A stretch of DNA of 63,122 nucleotides, the filler included, from Bigelowiella natans CCMP2755 (Eukaryota; Protista; Cercozoa), in the NCBI GenBank assembly GCA_000320545.1. It is 8 parts of 8 records of this genome, joined end to end, with 100 filler letters (N's around TTAATTAATTAA, not from the genome) between each part and the next. Parts side by side here need not be neighbours in the genome. Positions count along the whole stretch, not along the records: positions 1 to 13,303 come from ADNK01002006.1; 7 more parts are not named here. One strand, given 5' to 3'. The position numbers were made by a program, and so were the translations under genes. The notes under the pieces were generated by a model. It ran no database searches, was not told the DNA's origin, and saw only the letters and a program-made list of their open reading frames with translations. Each line of letters starts with the position of its first letter. Positions within the stretch are counted from its first letter, which is position 1. Positions 1-10,743 of the stretch are shown here, in pieces.

Positions 1-92
1 TTCTTAGTCTTTCCATATTCTCCTCTTTCCTAGATCTCGGTTCAACCACCAAATGGACCCTCCGAGCTGCCCATTGCGCGCCCACCACCCCA

Positions 93-1177
93 CTAGACTT
101 CTTGTAAGACTTCCTCCATACTTTTTGGTCGCAATTCGTACAGCAGCCTCTGCAGTGATAAGAGCCTGCACATGTTAATGTTAGCCACGAAATTTTTCAA
201 TGTCATTTAAGTTTAAAGGACTGTGAATGTCGAGTAACAAGGACAGTAATGATCTATGGTTACGGCTGAGACGGTGGCGTTGATTATACATCTTCCACAT
301 CACGAGTACCGTACCGTTTGCAATTTTTACCAGAGAGGGCCAGCATTTAGTTGAGCAAGCATGTTCTTTGCCCTTAAACCCTTCACCCCAGACTTCTTCG
401 CGTCGAAGGTAAGACGCTGTTTTTCCCCCCCCCCCCCCTCCCCCCCTCAGGCACAGCAAACCTGTACATGTCGCACACGCGCTCTGGCGCTTACTACCTG
501 AGCTGCAGTGGAATGTGCATCTCCTTGTCATCCTGGTCCTGCTTCTTGAACATTCTCCCCTTTTCGTCGTGCCCGCCGCCGGCGATTGAGTCAGCACGCA
601 AAATAAGCAAACAAACAGGATGCATTCAGCGCAGAAACGAGTAGCAATAGCAGCGGTGGTGGGGGTGGGGGTGGCAGCATTCGTTGTTGTCTTTGTCGGA
701 GAATGCTTCTGATATCCACCATCAATTCAATGATGATGATGATGATGATTATTCTTCTTCTTTTTCTTCTTCCTCGTCCTTCAACTACTATACTACTACT
801 ACTACTACTACTACCACCGCCACTAAGTGGTGACACTACTGCTAGAATTGCACCTTGAACCATTGAGTAGGAAATTCCTCATCCAAAGCCGATGATGAGT
901 TCCCATTCTTTTCTCCTCCTCCTCTTCCTTCCCCCCCCTGAGTCTGCTGCTTTGCTACGTCGTCGCCATCATCGTCGTCACCCTTGCTCTCGTCTCCCTC
1001 CTGGAGAATGTCGTGTTCATATGCGAGAAGATGTTCAGTCGTATTCCGTCAAACCAGCATGTATGCGACCATACCCATCGTACTCTTCCTCCACCCCCCC
1101 CCCCCCTCCTCATCATCATCATCATCGCCATCATCCTCATCATCATCGCCATCATCCTCATTATGGAAACCATCATT

Positions 1178-1215
<38 letters not shown>

Positions 1216-1346
1216 CGTGGTCATCGTTCGGCGTCATGCAGACCGGCGCGATGCATACGCCTCGCAACGCCTTAATGGCCTCCCGATGCGATCTGTTCAA
1301 AGTCGCGGAGAGAAACAGTGCAAAGATGAGAGAGGGGGGGGGAAGA

Positions 1347-1402
<56 letters not shown>

Positions 1403-1911
1403 CTCTTGATATATAGTGGGGCTTGGGAGGAAGAGACAGGGAACTTAAACTACACTCCACACACAACACCACACACACAACTAATTTTTTTTCTATTTAA
1501 GGGACGATGTATTGAGAATTGATACGCCCCCCCCCCTCCCCTATCACACTCCCCTGTGTGGATGACGGAGAACGAACAGGGAGGGAGGGGGAGGGGAAGG
1601 AGGGGGTAGCGGATGAGCACCTGAAGAATATGTTACAGGTGCTGTCGGTCAGCCATCCGACATATCGTACGTCGTGGCCCTCGAAGTACTTTAGATGCAA
1701 TGGAGAGGAAGGAGGGAGACGGGGGGGTGGGGAGAGGGTTATGAGGAAATATATCATCTACAAGCCTATACACGCTCTGTGTGCATGTCTATGCTCCTCC
1801 TCGTGCGTATACATTGTGCGCTGCGTCTGGATCTTAATACAAGTCGTACGATGACACGAAGAACACAGCACCGTCAGTCACCACTGCAGGCGACGTATAT
1901 GCACTTGCCCA

Positions 1912-1953
<42 letters not shown>

Positions 1954-1979
1954 TGATGTATTGTGTTTGTGGATGTGTG

Positions 1980-2025
<46 letters not shown>

Positions 2026-2212
2026 GCTCAAATGGGACATGTACTGCGTTTATTGTGTGTGCGCGCATTGAGACAGAGCCGGCCAAGCAACCTGGTAGAG
2101 CTCTTGGGTGTTCAGGTGGTCCGTTCCGTACACGTGGATCACGTCGAAGAGCCTGCAGATTCGTTTTGTTTTTGTTTTTGCTTTATTTTCATTGTTCGTT
2201 TGTTCTATATTT

Positions 2213-2258
<46 letters not shown>

Positions 2259-2555
2259 GCGCGCGCGCACCTTGGTATATCGTCACCAACTTCCGTCCGG
2301 GGCTCTATCACGTCCGATGCCATATAATCCTGCAGTTTAGAGTAAAGAGCACACATCGTGTCGTACTTCACGTTTCCCATGTCAGGAGCGAAGCAAAACC
2401 ACCTGCGTTTTTATGCCGACTGCGTCGGCAAATTTCTCGATTCGTTCCTTTCTCCGCACTCTATCAATCATCCACATTCGCAGATTAATGGCTGGTGCGC
2501 AAGCATGTAGTTTCTGGTCTCACTTCACACACACACACACACACACACATTATAT

Positions 2556-2614
<59 letters not shown>

Positions 2615-2746
2615 TAGCATGAAAGTTATATAAGAGTCGAATGTAGTATTGATGAAAGAGCTGCAAATACCTCCTTATCAAGACCGCTAGCGCCGGGAAC
2701 TATATCCGAATACTGGTCTCTCTGGGGAAGGATGGAGGGAGGAAGA

Positions 2747-2791
<45 letters not shown>

Positions 2792-3225
2792 AAAGGAGGG
2801 TGGAGGATGATCACGCTGTAGAGTTTGCATTGAGCACTCGTCGTCGTCGTCGTCGTCATACCGCTAGCGTGTTAACACTGATTTCACGATCGATGATCCC
2901 ATCTGGAAGTAAGAACGAGCATCACCATCCACCTCATTGCGAGTTTTTATGTGCCATCTATCTGTTTCTACTACTACTACTACTACTACTGCTACTACTA
3001 CTATTACGCGTTGTGTATGGGAATGACATGCTGGCATCAGATCGCACCTCACATCATCATTCATTTATTCATTCATTCATTCGTTCGTTCGTTCACCACC
3101 TGTGCGGGCCTCGGCGTCCGAATTAGGGTCGTCAATTGCGGATACGGAATCGCTCTCTGAGAGCTCCCCAGCAGAACTGAGAGAAGGGATTCATCATTGA
3201 GCAGGCGCCACGAGCTCGTTTTAAA

Positions 3226-3261
<36 letters not shown>

Positions 3262-3900
3262 GTTCCACAACTTACTCGCAGGGCGAGAAGCTTTGACTGC
3301 AAGAATCGCGCGACCTCCTCAATGAGGAGGCCCCCCCGCGTGCGTACGTCTTTGGTAGCTCGGAGCGCGATTGGTGCGACTGCGACGTCGAGAACCCATC
3401 CTCGCATATCTGTCGTAATTGCTAATGATCATGCTTTCGTATGTGAGGGTGAATATTTATCCCCATCACTAGAGCAAGTGTTTCGCCAGGACTACTGCAT
3501 GCTTCGGGGGAGGGTGGGGTGGTGACTTACGTCTCGACTATTGAGTGCAGCATTGCCTCCGTCATCGCTCATCTGCGACTTTACCGAGCCGTGCTCCCCC
3601 GCCCCTCTTCCCAATAGTAATACGCGATCGTTTCCGCTTATACTTTGGCGCCTGAGATCTCCGAGCGCAAAGGATGCTAAAGTGCAGGCGAGCACTGCCA
3701 TCATCCGAAACCACCCCCGCCGGCGCGTCTCTCTCTTCACAGCAACTACTACATGGTACGAGAATGGGAGGAAGAGAGAAGGCGAGAACTAAGGACAAAA
3801 CCAACCCCATGCACAAAGAGATGACGATTAATTCTAAGCCTTTTCACGTACCATATAGCTCGCTGGGGCAGTCCTGTGCCCGAGAGCCGCAGGGCGCCAT
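93..3900 (-). CDS. NCBP3: Multi-exon NCBP3-like (nuclear cap-binding subunit 3 / DUF2414 RRM-like) protein with long N-terminal leader
   Basis: GT-AG exons join in phase: VRRKERIEKFADAVGIKTQ|DYMASDVIEPRTEVGDDIPR|LFDVIHVYGTDHLNTQELYQ|YFEGHDVRYVGWLTDSTCNIFFR|SHREAIKALRG. This resembles the NCBP3 core (IxxxGVDxMSTxDIxxYF...IEWLDDTSCNVV). Start (3900) and stop (93) are tentative. Confidence 0.7.
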
Positions 3901-4391
3901 GAGCAAGGGCCGTTGCTTGTGCAAAACCAGGAGAAATTAGTTTAAAAACAATGAAAACCGCCTTCGTTTTCGCTCATTGCATGCGAATCTATGGAAGAAG
4001 GATTTACATGGGGATTTATTAATGCGACATGAATATAATTGTTGTCGTAGGAACAATTTCGTGGTTCTATCGTCTTGTGTTCGTAAGCAGGTCGTCAGGA
4101 ATCTTCGGTAGTCCCCGAACATACCTTTCATCAGCTCCAACCTCTGGCTTCCCCACCCCGTCCCCCTCCCCTGCCCAACGGTAGAAATATTCCTGCCTCT
4201 CTGAGGATATTGCGATTAATTAGTTTCTGTGTCTTACACTTTCTGACCTCCGCTTATATTGAAAGATCTATGTTGATGTGAGATGTCGTGACTCAATCCT
4301 ATCCTACTCGTGCTTGCTTTTTGACAAAATAGGAAAAGCCATCCGGTTGAAAGACGGAAGTCTTTTCCCCTTTCCCCGTATCCCTGTTTCA

Positions 4392-4836
4392 ATGGACGAG
4401 GGAACAAATGTTGTGTTGATTGTCGTAGTGATTCTCGTCTGCGCCTCGATTGCCTACTCTGCCTTCCTACTCGCAAGATACATGTACTACAGGTACCCTC
4501 GATATGGTATTGATAACAGCCTGCGTAAAACCGTGATAAAGTTTGTATTCTTGGAATAGCTTTCTCATTCTTCTTTCTGTATCTTATTCGCGGCTCCTTT
4601 GTATCCACGCCTGCAAAATATCATTGTTTAAACAAAACAATGTGTCTGGATTAATCAGCGCGACGCAATCGCGGACTGCTCATCAACCAGATGTGCCCGA
4701 TGAGCATCAATACCACGGGCGTGCTCTCCACGACCCAGCAGCAGAAGAATTAGAGACTGGTAGAAGCCCTGATGGCACGGATGACTCCAAAAACAGCGAG
4801 CTCGGCAGCGGGGATAGAAGCCCGGATGGATTATGA
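4392..4836 (+). CDS. Small single-pass membrane protein, unknown function
   Basis: ATG then hydrophobic helix NVVLIVVVILVCASIAYSAFLLA, a GT donor after YYR, and an acidic/polar downstream exon ending SPDGL*. No family recognised. Confidence 0.35.
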
Positions 4837-5247
4837 TTGGAACATATATGAAACAAATGATGACTATAGCCCAATTTTCATTATGGAGATTCAACCTCAC
4901 GTCTATGCTTTCGTCGTTTATTTTGTTTGCCCAAAAAAACTACGAAGCAAATTAGGCTGCTCGAGTATACACACTACCAAAGGATTAGAGAGTGAAGTAT
5001 TAGATGGCGAACTATGTCCACATCTCAAACTAACATCCAAAACCACAAACGTATACCAGCCGTAGATTTCAAATCCTAACTTGCATGAAAAATGTGCGAC
5101 TGCACTGTAACTCAAAATGTGGACTGTGTGTGAATGCCACACAGGGGGAATATAGATGTGCCACCGCAGTGTGCCCGTGTCCTGCACTCGCTCTGCGATG
5201 ATGCACGTTCGCGGTGTACTCATAATAGACATGTTATATTATATATG

Positions 5248-5334
<87 letters not shown>

Positions 5335-6288
5335 CTGTGTCTATAATGTGTATCGCGCATTCACACACATCACACACATCACACATATAATGATCATCAT
5401 GCACGTGTTCATTGTTCGCGATCTAGCGATGGCTAGATGACTAGATGACTGTGGCGAGTGCGACTGGCGGTACGTAGATGCAACAATCAAGAGTCCAAAA
5501 CAAAATGCAACCATGCGAGTGTGTCACCAACAAACATTGCTCGCAACGGTGCACACCATGTGCAACACATGTACAAGCAGTTGTGCACACCATGTCCATT
5601 GTGTGAACGCCATGCAAACAATCAACGATGACGTTGTCCAGCTATACAGCAGGTCCATGCAAGCTAGCGCAAGGCGGCTAGAGAGTGTGCGCCGCTTGCT
5701 GGCTGTGCACATCACACATGCAATCATATAGCGGAAACCAACAAATTCAACATTAGCTCTGTAGCCGCTGCATTGCACAGCTACATACATGAGGATGACC
5801 ATTGAAAAAATTTAATTTAATTGATCCCTTCCGTCTTAAAATCATGCACATGGCTAGCTCTGACATGGCTACTAGAGCCCAAGCATGTCACAAATGTGTA
5901 TAATGCGCTGGTTTCTAGTTGTGTTATCTCTTGGAAATTGAAGACGTGGTCATTGCATTGCATGGATAATGGAGTGCACGCGTGAAACCATTGATCTAGC
6001 CATGGACGCTGCTCACTGGCATTGATTCCGGAACTTCGTACACACACGCTGTGTCATCCCCTTACAATTGCATTCGAAGTTGTTAAACGTTGATTCCGAG
6101 ATTTTACGGCTTTGTGCAATTGAACCAGATGCTCTCTCCACGCCATTGTTCGCTTCGACATGTTGCAGCTGTGTGTTCATTGGTACAATCTTTGCAGATA
6201 CTTCGCGATGGTGTTCACTTCCGTACCATCCTTCCTCTTAATGGTGTAGTGCATCTGAAAATTATGGAACTAATGAATTTGTGGGATA

Positions 6289-7992
6289 TCAACGCATGTA
6301 GTATCGAATTGGGGAAACTGGCGTACGACGCATAGCTTGTACCATTAGATGTAATGATGTTAGATGGTAATAAACCTCTTCGTCATGGTGCACCGCTATC
6401 ACGGTTACGTTCTCTCTCTCCTTGTAACGCACTTCTTCGTTTTTACGAAAAATTATCTTCTGATCTTGATCAGTGACGATTTCCCGGGCCTGCACAATTT
6501 TTCTTTGGTCCAGGGAAAGTGTTCCAATAATCTCCATTCTCGTCCCGATCCACAGAATGCACTCTTGTTCATGGGGAAAGTGAGAAAATTGAGTGATGGG
6601 CTTGGCTTTCGATGATTCTATCATGAAAAGGGTGCAGTCAACATCAATGAAGGATTTTAAACTTTCTAAATCATCAGTCGTGCTAATGACAGCACAATCT
6701 CGTTCCTCTTTGCCCTTTTCTGGCAGCTCCACGTTCCCAGGAATAGATCTCCACACTGTACATTTTTTGCTTGGAATTTTATTTAAAGCGGATTTTAGTA
6801 GCCGCAAATATGGCAAAAAAGGTCGAATATGCTCCATGTCCAATTTACGAAGAGATTTGTTGAGATCATGGTGAAAAGCTGTCGTGTATAAGTTTATGGC
6901 ACTCACTTCATCCTTGCTCAAAAGCTTTTGGTGCTGTTTTGAGTACTTCTTCTCGGCTTCTAGCCGAACACTTTCGAGGACTTCTTCGAGCTCATCTTCG
7001 TCATAGCCAGGAAGTCCTTTCATTTTCCAGCAATATCGTATGCTGTCCTCGAAACTCATCGGACTAGATTCAACAAGTTCTTTATCGAAGTTGGAAAAGA
7101 ATTCTTGCGTGCATTTTATCTTACCTGAGAAACAGCCCCCTTCGCTGGAGAATTTTGCTAGAGCTTCCAGTTTGTTCCAATCTATCTTGATCTTTTTGGC
7201 AGGTTGAAAAGGCTTAGGGTATTCCTCTCGAGGACCGTCATACTTTTCGAATGAACGTTTTTCTCTTTTCAATTCGGGAGGCTCCTTGTTGTTTATGTCA
7301 TGCTTCGCAGATGATCGATGGAAACCCGGAGTTGGAGATTTAGGGCCTCTGTACTTCTGCGCAGGTGAATAAGACGTAAACTGGTCAAGGCAGCAACCTT
7401 TGTAATGGTCAACCATGTACTTTTTAGAAGCCTTGTCACCCCCCAACCTCTCGTATTCCTCCAATCCCTTTCTGGTACGGAAGGTTTTTTTTATCAAATT
7501 AAATAGTGCCTTGCCATCCACGGCCTCCAATTTTTCCCACTTTTCCCATAAAAACTTTGAAAATTGGTGATCTCCCCCCTTTTCTTGAAAATCTTCCAAG
7601 GAATTGCTTTGTAACCATTTTTTTTTTTTTCCCTCATGATATTTTTGGTACACACGCTTAACAGCGCTATCAGTAGGCAAGCAAGAAAAAGATGGGCATC
7701 TGAGACCTCGGCATCTATTCGAATCAAGGTTTTTCTGCGTCATCGTCTGAAAGTTGATTTCGTAAGGAGTTTGAATTTTGCCGTTCCAGCTCCAGTCTTT
7801 GGAGATGAATGTTTCGAGCTTCCCAATTTTACTATCGAGGAGCATCCGGTCCGCCCAACTAAAATTCTCCCACCCTACCCCTTCCCTATACTGCCATATC
7901 TTCGGTCCATTGTCTATTGACTCTAGTTTCCGCTTCGACTCGGATTTTGTGGAGCATGGGCGTCGTCTTTTCCATGTGGACACATGTGACAT
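6289..7992 (-). CDS. Intronless WWE-domain + R-S-E type (ARTC/toxin-like) mono-ADP-ribosyltransferase
   Basis: 567-aa ORF. N-terminal WWE pattern IWQY..GWENF...YEINFQTMTQKNLDSNRCRGLR. ART domain AINLYT...LNKSLR...PYLRLLKSALNKIP..TVWR (R), ISTT (S), SHFPHEQECIL (ExE). Confidence 0.85.
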   Translation of the reverse strand: MSHVSTWKRRRPCSTKSESKRKLESIDNGPKIWQYREGVGWENFSWADRMLLDSKIGKLETFISKDWSWNGKIQTPYEINFQTMTQKNLDSNRCRGLRCPSFSCLPTDSAVKRVYQKYHEGKKKKWLQSNSLEDFQEKGGDHQFSKFLWEKWEKLEAVDGKALFNLIKKTFRTRKGLEEYERLGGDKASKKYMVDHYKGCCLDQFTSYSPAQKYRGPKSPTPGFHRSSAKHDINNKEPPELKREKRSFEKYDGPREEYPKPFQPAKKIKIDWNKLEALAKFSSEGGCFSGKIKCTQEFFSNFDKELVESSPMSFEDSIRYCWKMKGLPGYDEDELEEVLESVRLEAEKKYSKQHQKLLSKDEVSAINLYTTAFHHDLNKSLRKLDMEHIRPFLPYLRLLKSALNKIPSKKCTVWRSIPGNVELPEKGKEERDCAVISTTDDLESLKSFIDVDCTLFMIESSKAKPITQFSHFPHEQECILWIGTRMEIIGTLSLDQRKIVQAREIVTDQDQKIIFRKNEEVRYKERENVTVIAVHHDEEVYYHLTSLHLMVQAMRRTPVSPIRYYMR

Positions 7993-8865
7993 CCGCGCTG
8001 TGCGATCTTATGTCCGGCAGGCTGTATATCCTAGGTCTATCGGAGTTCAGAATTCTGTGACCCGAAGGCATTTTTGCCATGCGACAACAATGCAAACGTA
8101 TTAATGTCTAGAATGTGTGTGTTTCTTCTACGTGGGCCTACGAGTACCCTACCGTGGGTTTGTTAGATTCTAGTTACATGTAGTCAAATTAAGCCGTTTC
8201 ATGCTTTTCTCAGCATCGGATCGAACGATGGGAAATGATGTCACAGGCGCCCATGACGACACTGTCTTTTACGACTCGACAAATCCCCATGCTTTTTTTG
8301 TTTTGCTTTTTGTCATCATGAGATGGTGCAGCCGTATGAACAATGTAGGTCTAGTGGTGGAACAATGTGGCATGGGACATCGGGATGTTTTCCCGATGAT
8401 TTTGGCAAATTAATGTTTGATGTATTGCGACAAAGGATCCATTCTTGCCGGATGACGACAATCAATTTCCTCAATGAATTGCACGCGCCGATGGGAGCGA
8501 ATTTTTAGCACTGATAACTTCCAAATTTGGTCATGAAAAGGAAATTGCCATTCGCTTCTTCTTTTCCAACCATGTCGCACCGCAGCGCTGACTCTTTCTA
8601 GATTTTTTTTCATGCGACCAACTTCGCAAGTTAATTTATTGTCGTTACCCTCTCCAGATTGGCTAGGATTTGACGCAATCTCAAACAATTAACCTGCGTG
8701 AAACAAAGGAGTATAGATGGAATTATCTTTTATAAAAATATAATTTGTATGTCGCTATATAAAAATATAGATAAATTTTAGAAATCCCTAGGAAATGTTC
8801 AATATTTAATTAAGAATTTAACTCTGAATCTTCGAGAGTGCCTCCTCTGCACCCCCATCCAAGAG

Positions 8866-9999
8866 ATGCTCTCTGTCCTTCTTCTCTTTCTATTGCCCTG
8901 CTGTGCCACCCACCTTCCTTTAAATAAACATGCTTCCCGATCACTTCCTACGGGGAAGATTATCGCTGGTTACTCCACTGGATGTAGTGGACAAGAAGAC
9001 ATGATTCTGCAGGAAGCAGAGAGGGGAGTCAACTTGTTGATTTGGTCGTTCATCAATCTTCGCGTGGACCCGGTCTCTAAGAAGCAGGACTTTGGTTTCT
9101 CAATTAATACAACATGTATCGCGGCCGTTGCTCAAGAATTGACGCGTCGGGGGCTTCCGACAAGCCACCTCATATCCATCGGCGGGTGGGACGCCCCCCA
9201 TCCCGACACGTCCTACACCGCCAAGGAGTGGTGGGCCTTCTTCAAAGACTGGAACGAGGGCTATGTCGCAAATCCAGAGCTAGGGTTTGATGGCTTCGCG
9301 GGAATCGATTGGGACGTAGAGGGGGTGAACAACCTCACGAGCGCATACAATGAAATATCTCTTGAGTGCTTCCAGCTGATGGGGGAGATGTCGCACCTGG
9401 CGAAGGGGGATGGCTACTTGGTCACAGTCGTGCCGGCTCAAAGCTACCTGAACCCCTCCGTTCCCCAGGTTGATTTGAGCCTTCGTCATTCTTCGCCCTG
9501 TGCTGCTGACTTCCACTACGCGGGCAGCAACGGCTACACAGCGCTCCTTGCGAAGTACGGCAGCGATACGTTCGACCTCGTCAGTGTCCAACTCTACGAG
9601 ACTTGGAGCTACATCAACTGCAAGATCAGATCCTTGGGAAACCCACCAAAGCAGCTGAGAGAGTTCGTCCGCTCGTACACAACGCCGTTTTGGATGGATT
9701 TCTCCAATATCACGAAGCTGGGAATCGATATACCTCCAGAGGACTGGCACGTGCATATCAGCCCTTCTCAGTTGTTAGTCGGGTTTTCCTTTGGTGCAGG
9801 TGGCTCTGGAAAGTCGATCTATATCGCACCAACGGATCTTGGGGAAGCTCTGCACGGCGATGATCTCCCCAAAGAGAACTGGCCACGGGGTGCCTTCTTC
9901 TGGAATCTTGATCTTGATGGAAATCGTCCAGTCAACGGCACAGCGTTTAACACTTCATTTGCTTCAGGATTCAACGACATCTTTCACACAAGGGTGTAA
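8866..9999 (+). CDS. Intronless secreted glycoside hydrolase family 18 (chitinase-like)
   Basis: 377-aa ORF with signal peptide MLSVLLLFLLPCCA, SIGG motif, catalytic FAGIDWDVEG (DxDxE), VSVQLYE, and C-terminal GAFFW. Confidence 0.9.
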   Translation: MLSVLLLFLLPCCATHLPLNKHASRSLPTGKIIAGYSTGCSGQEDMILQEAERGVNLLIWSFINLRVDPVSKKQDFGFSINTTCIAAVAQELTRRGLPTSHLISIGGWDAPHPDTSYTAKEWWAFFKDWNEGYVANPELGFDGFAGIDWDVEGVNNLTSAYNEISLECFQLMGEMSHLAKGDGYLVTVVPAQSYLNPSVPQVDLSLRHSSPCAADFHYAGSNGYTALLAKYGSDTFDLVSVQLYETWSYINCKIRSLGNPPKQLREFVRSYTTPFWMDFSNITKLGIDIPPEDWHVHISPSQLLVGFSFGAGGSGKSIYIAPTDLGEALHGDDLPKENWPRGAFFWNLDLDGNRPVNGTAFNTSFASGFNDIFHTRV

Positions 10000-10743
10000 T
10001 GAGTTTATGCTGTAAACTAGAAAAGCGAATCGTATCATCTTGTTGCTATCAGCGATGCATCACGCGCACAGATGCAGTTATGCACAGACAAATATATATA
10101 TGTAGCTACTAGACTGTAAAGTATACGACACAAAGGTATGTGTAGTATAGCTGTCTGTCTTTTAGTGAAACGTCTATATCTTATGTGGAAAATCATGTAT
10201 ATATGTGTATCATCGCATCCGCAGGCACATGAAATACCTTGCCAAACTGGCAAGCAGTACGTGAAAGTTGCATTAAATTGTTTGAAGTAAAATCACTGGC
10301 ATAATACATTATACAGACTCGATTTGCCTGTTAGCTGCATATTATGTATTGGGCGGTGTTGCATGAGTTTATATCATACATGCATCGTGGCAGCGCTTCA
10401 TGCATGTTGTAGAGTATAACACAAGCGACACGTATATACTCGTACGTATGTGCTGGCAAGAGATACGTATATACTGGCGATGGTCTCTAGCTTACATTCA
10501 GCGTATCTAGACATCGACAAAGCTATTTAGCTATGCTAGTGCATCGCTGCAAGTTCTTGCTCCTTGTGCTGAGACTATCGTTTATTATTATTATATCAAT
10601 ACGCAGTACGTGCACTTATTTTCTAATTGTCATTGTTTTCATTACCATCGCGACACCCTGCTAAACTCGACGATGCTACCTCTCCGTTCTACCATCGTAG
10701 CAGCAATCTCCCTATGCTACCCCTCAGTGGCACAATCCGCCCG

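Noticed and set aside
591-3270. Many ORFs with poly-His, poly-Ile, YIYI, RERE or CVCV runs (here and throughout)
   Set aside because: Translations of intronic microsatellites. The real exons are short blocks between them.
8410-8688. 92-aa ORF between the ART and GH18 genes as a third island gene or immunity protein
   Set aside because: Non-ATG start, no recognisable motif, and neighbouring frames are interrupted.
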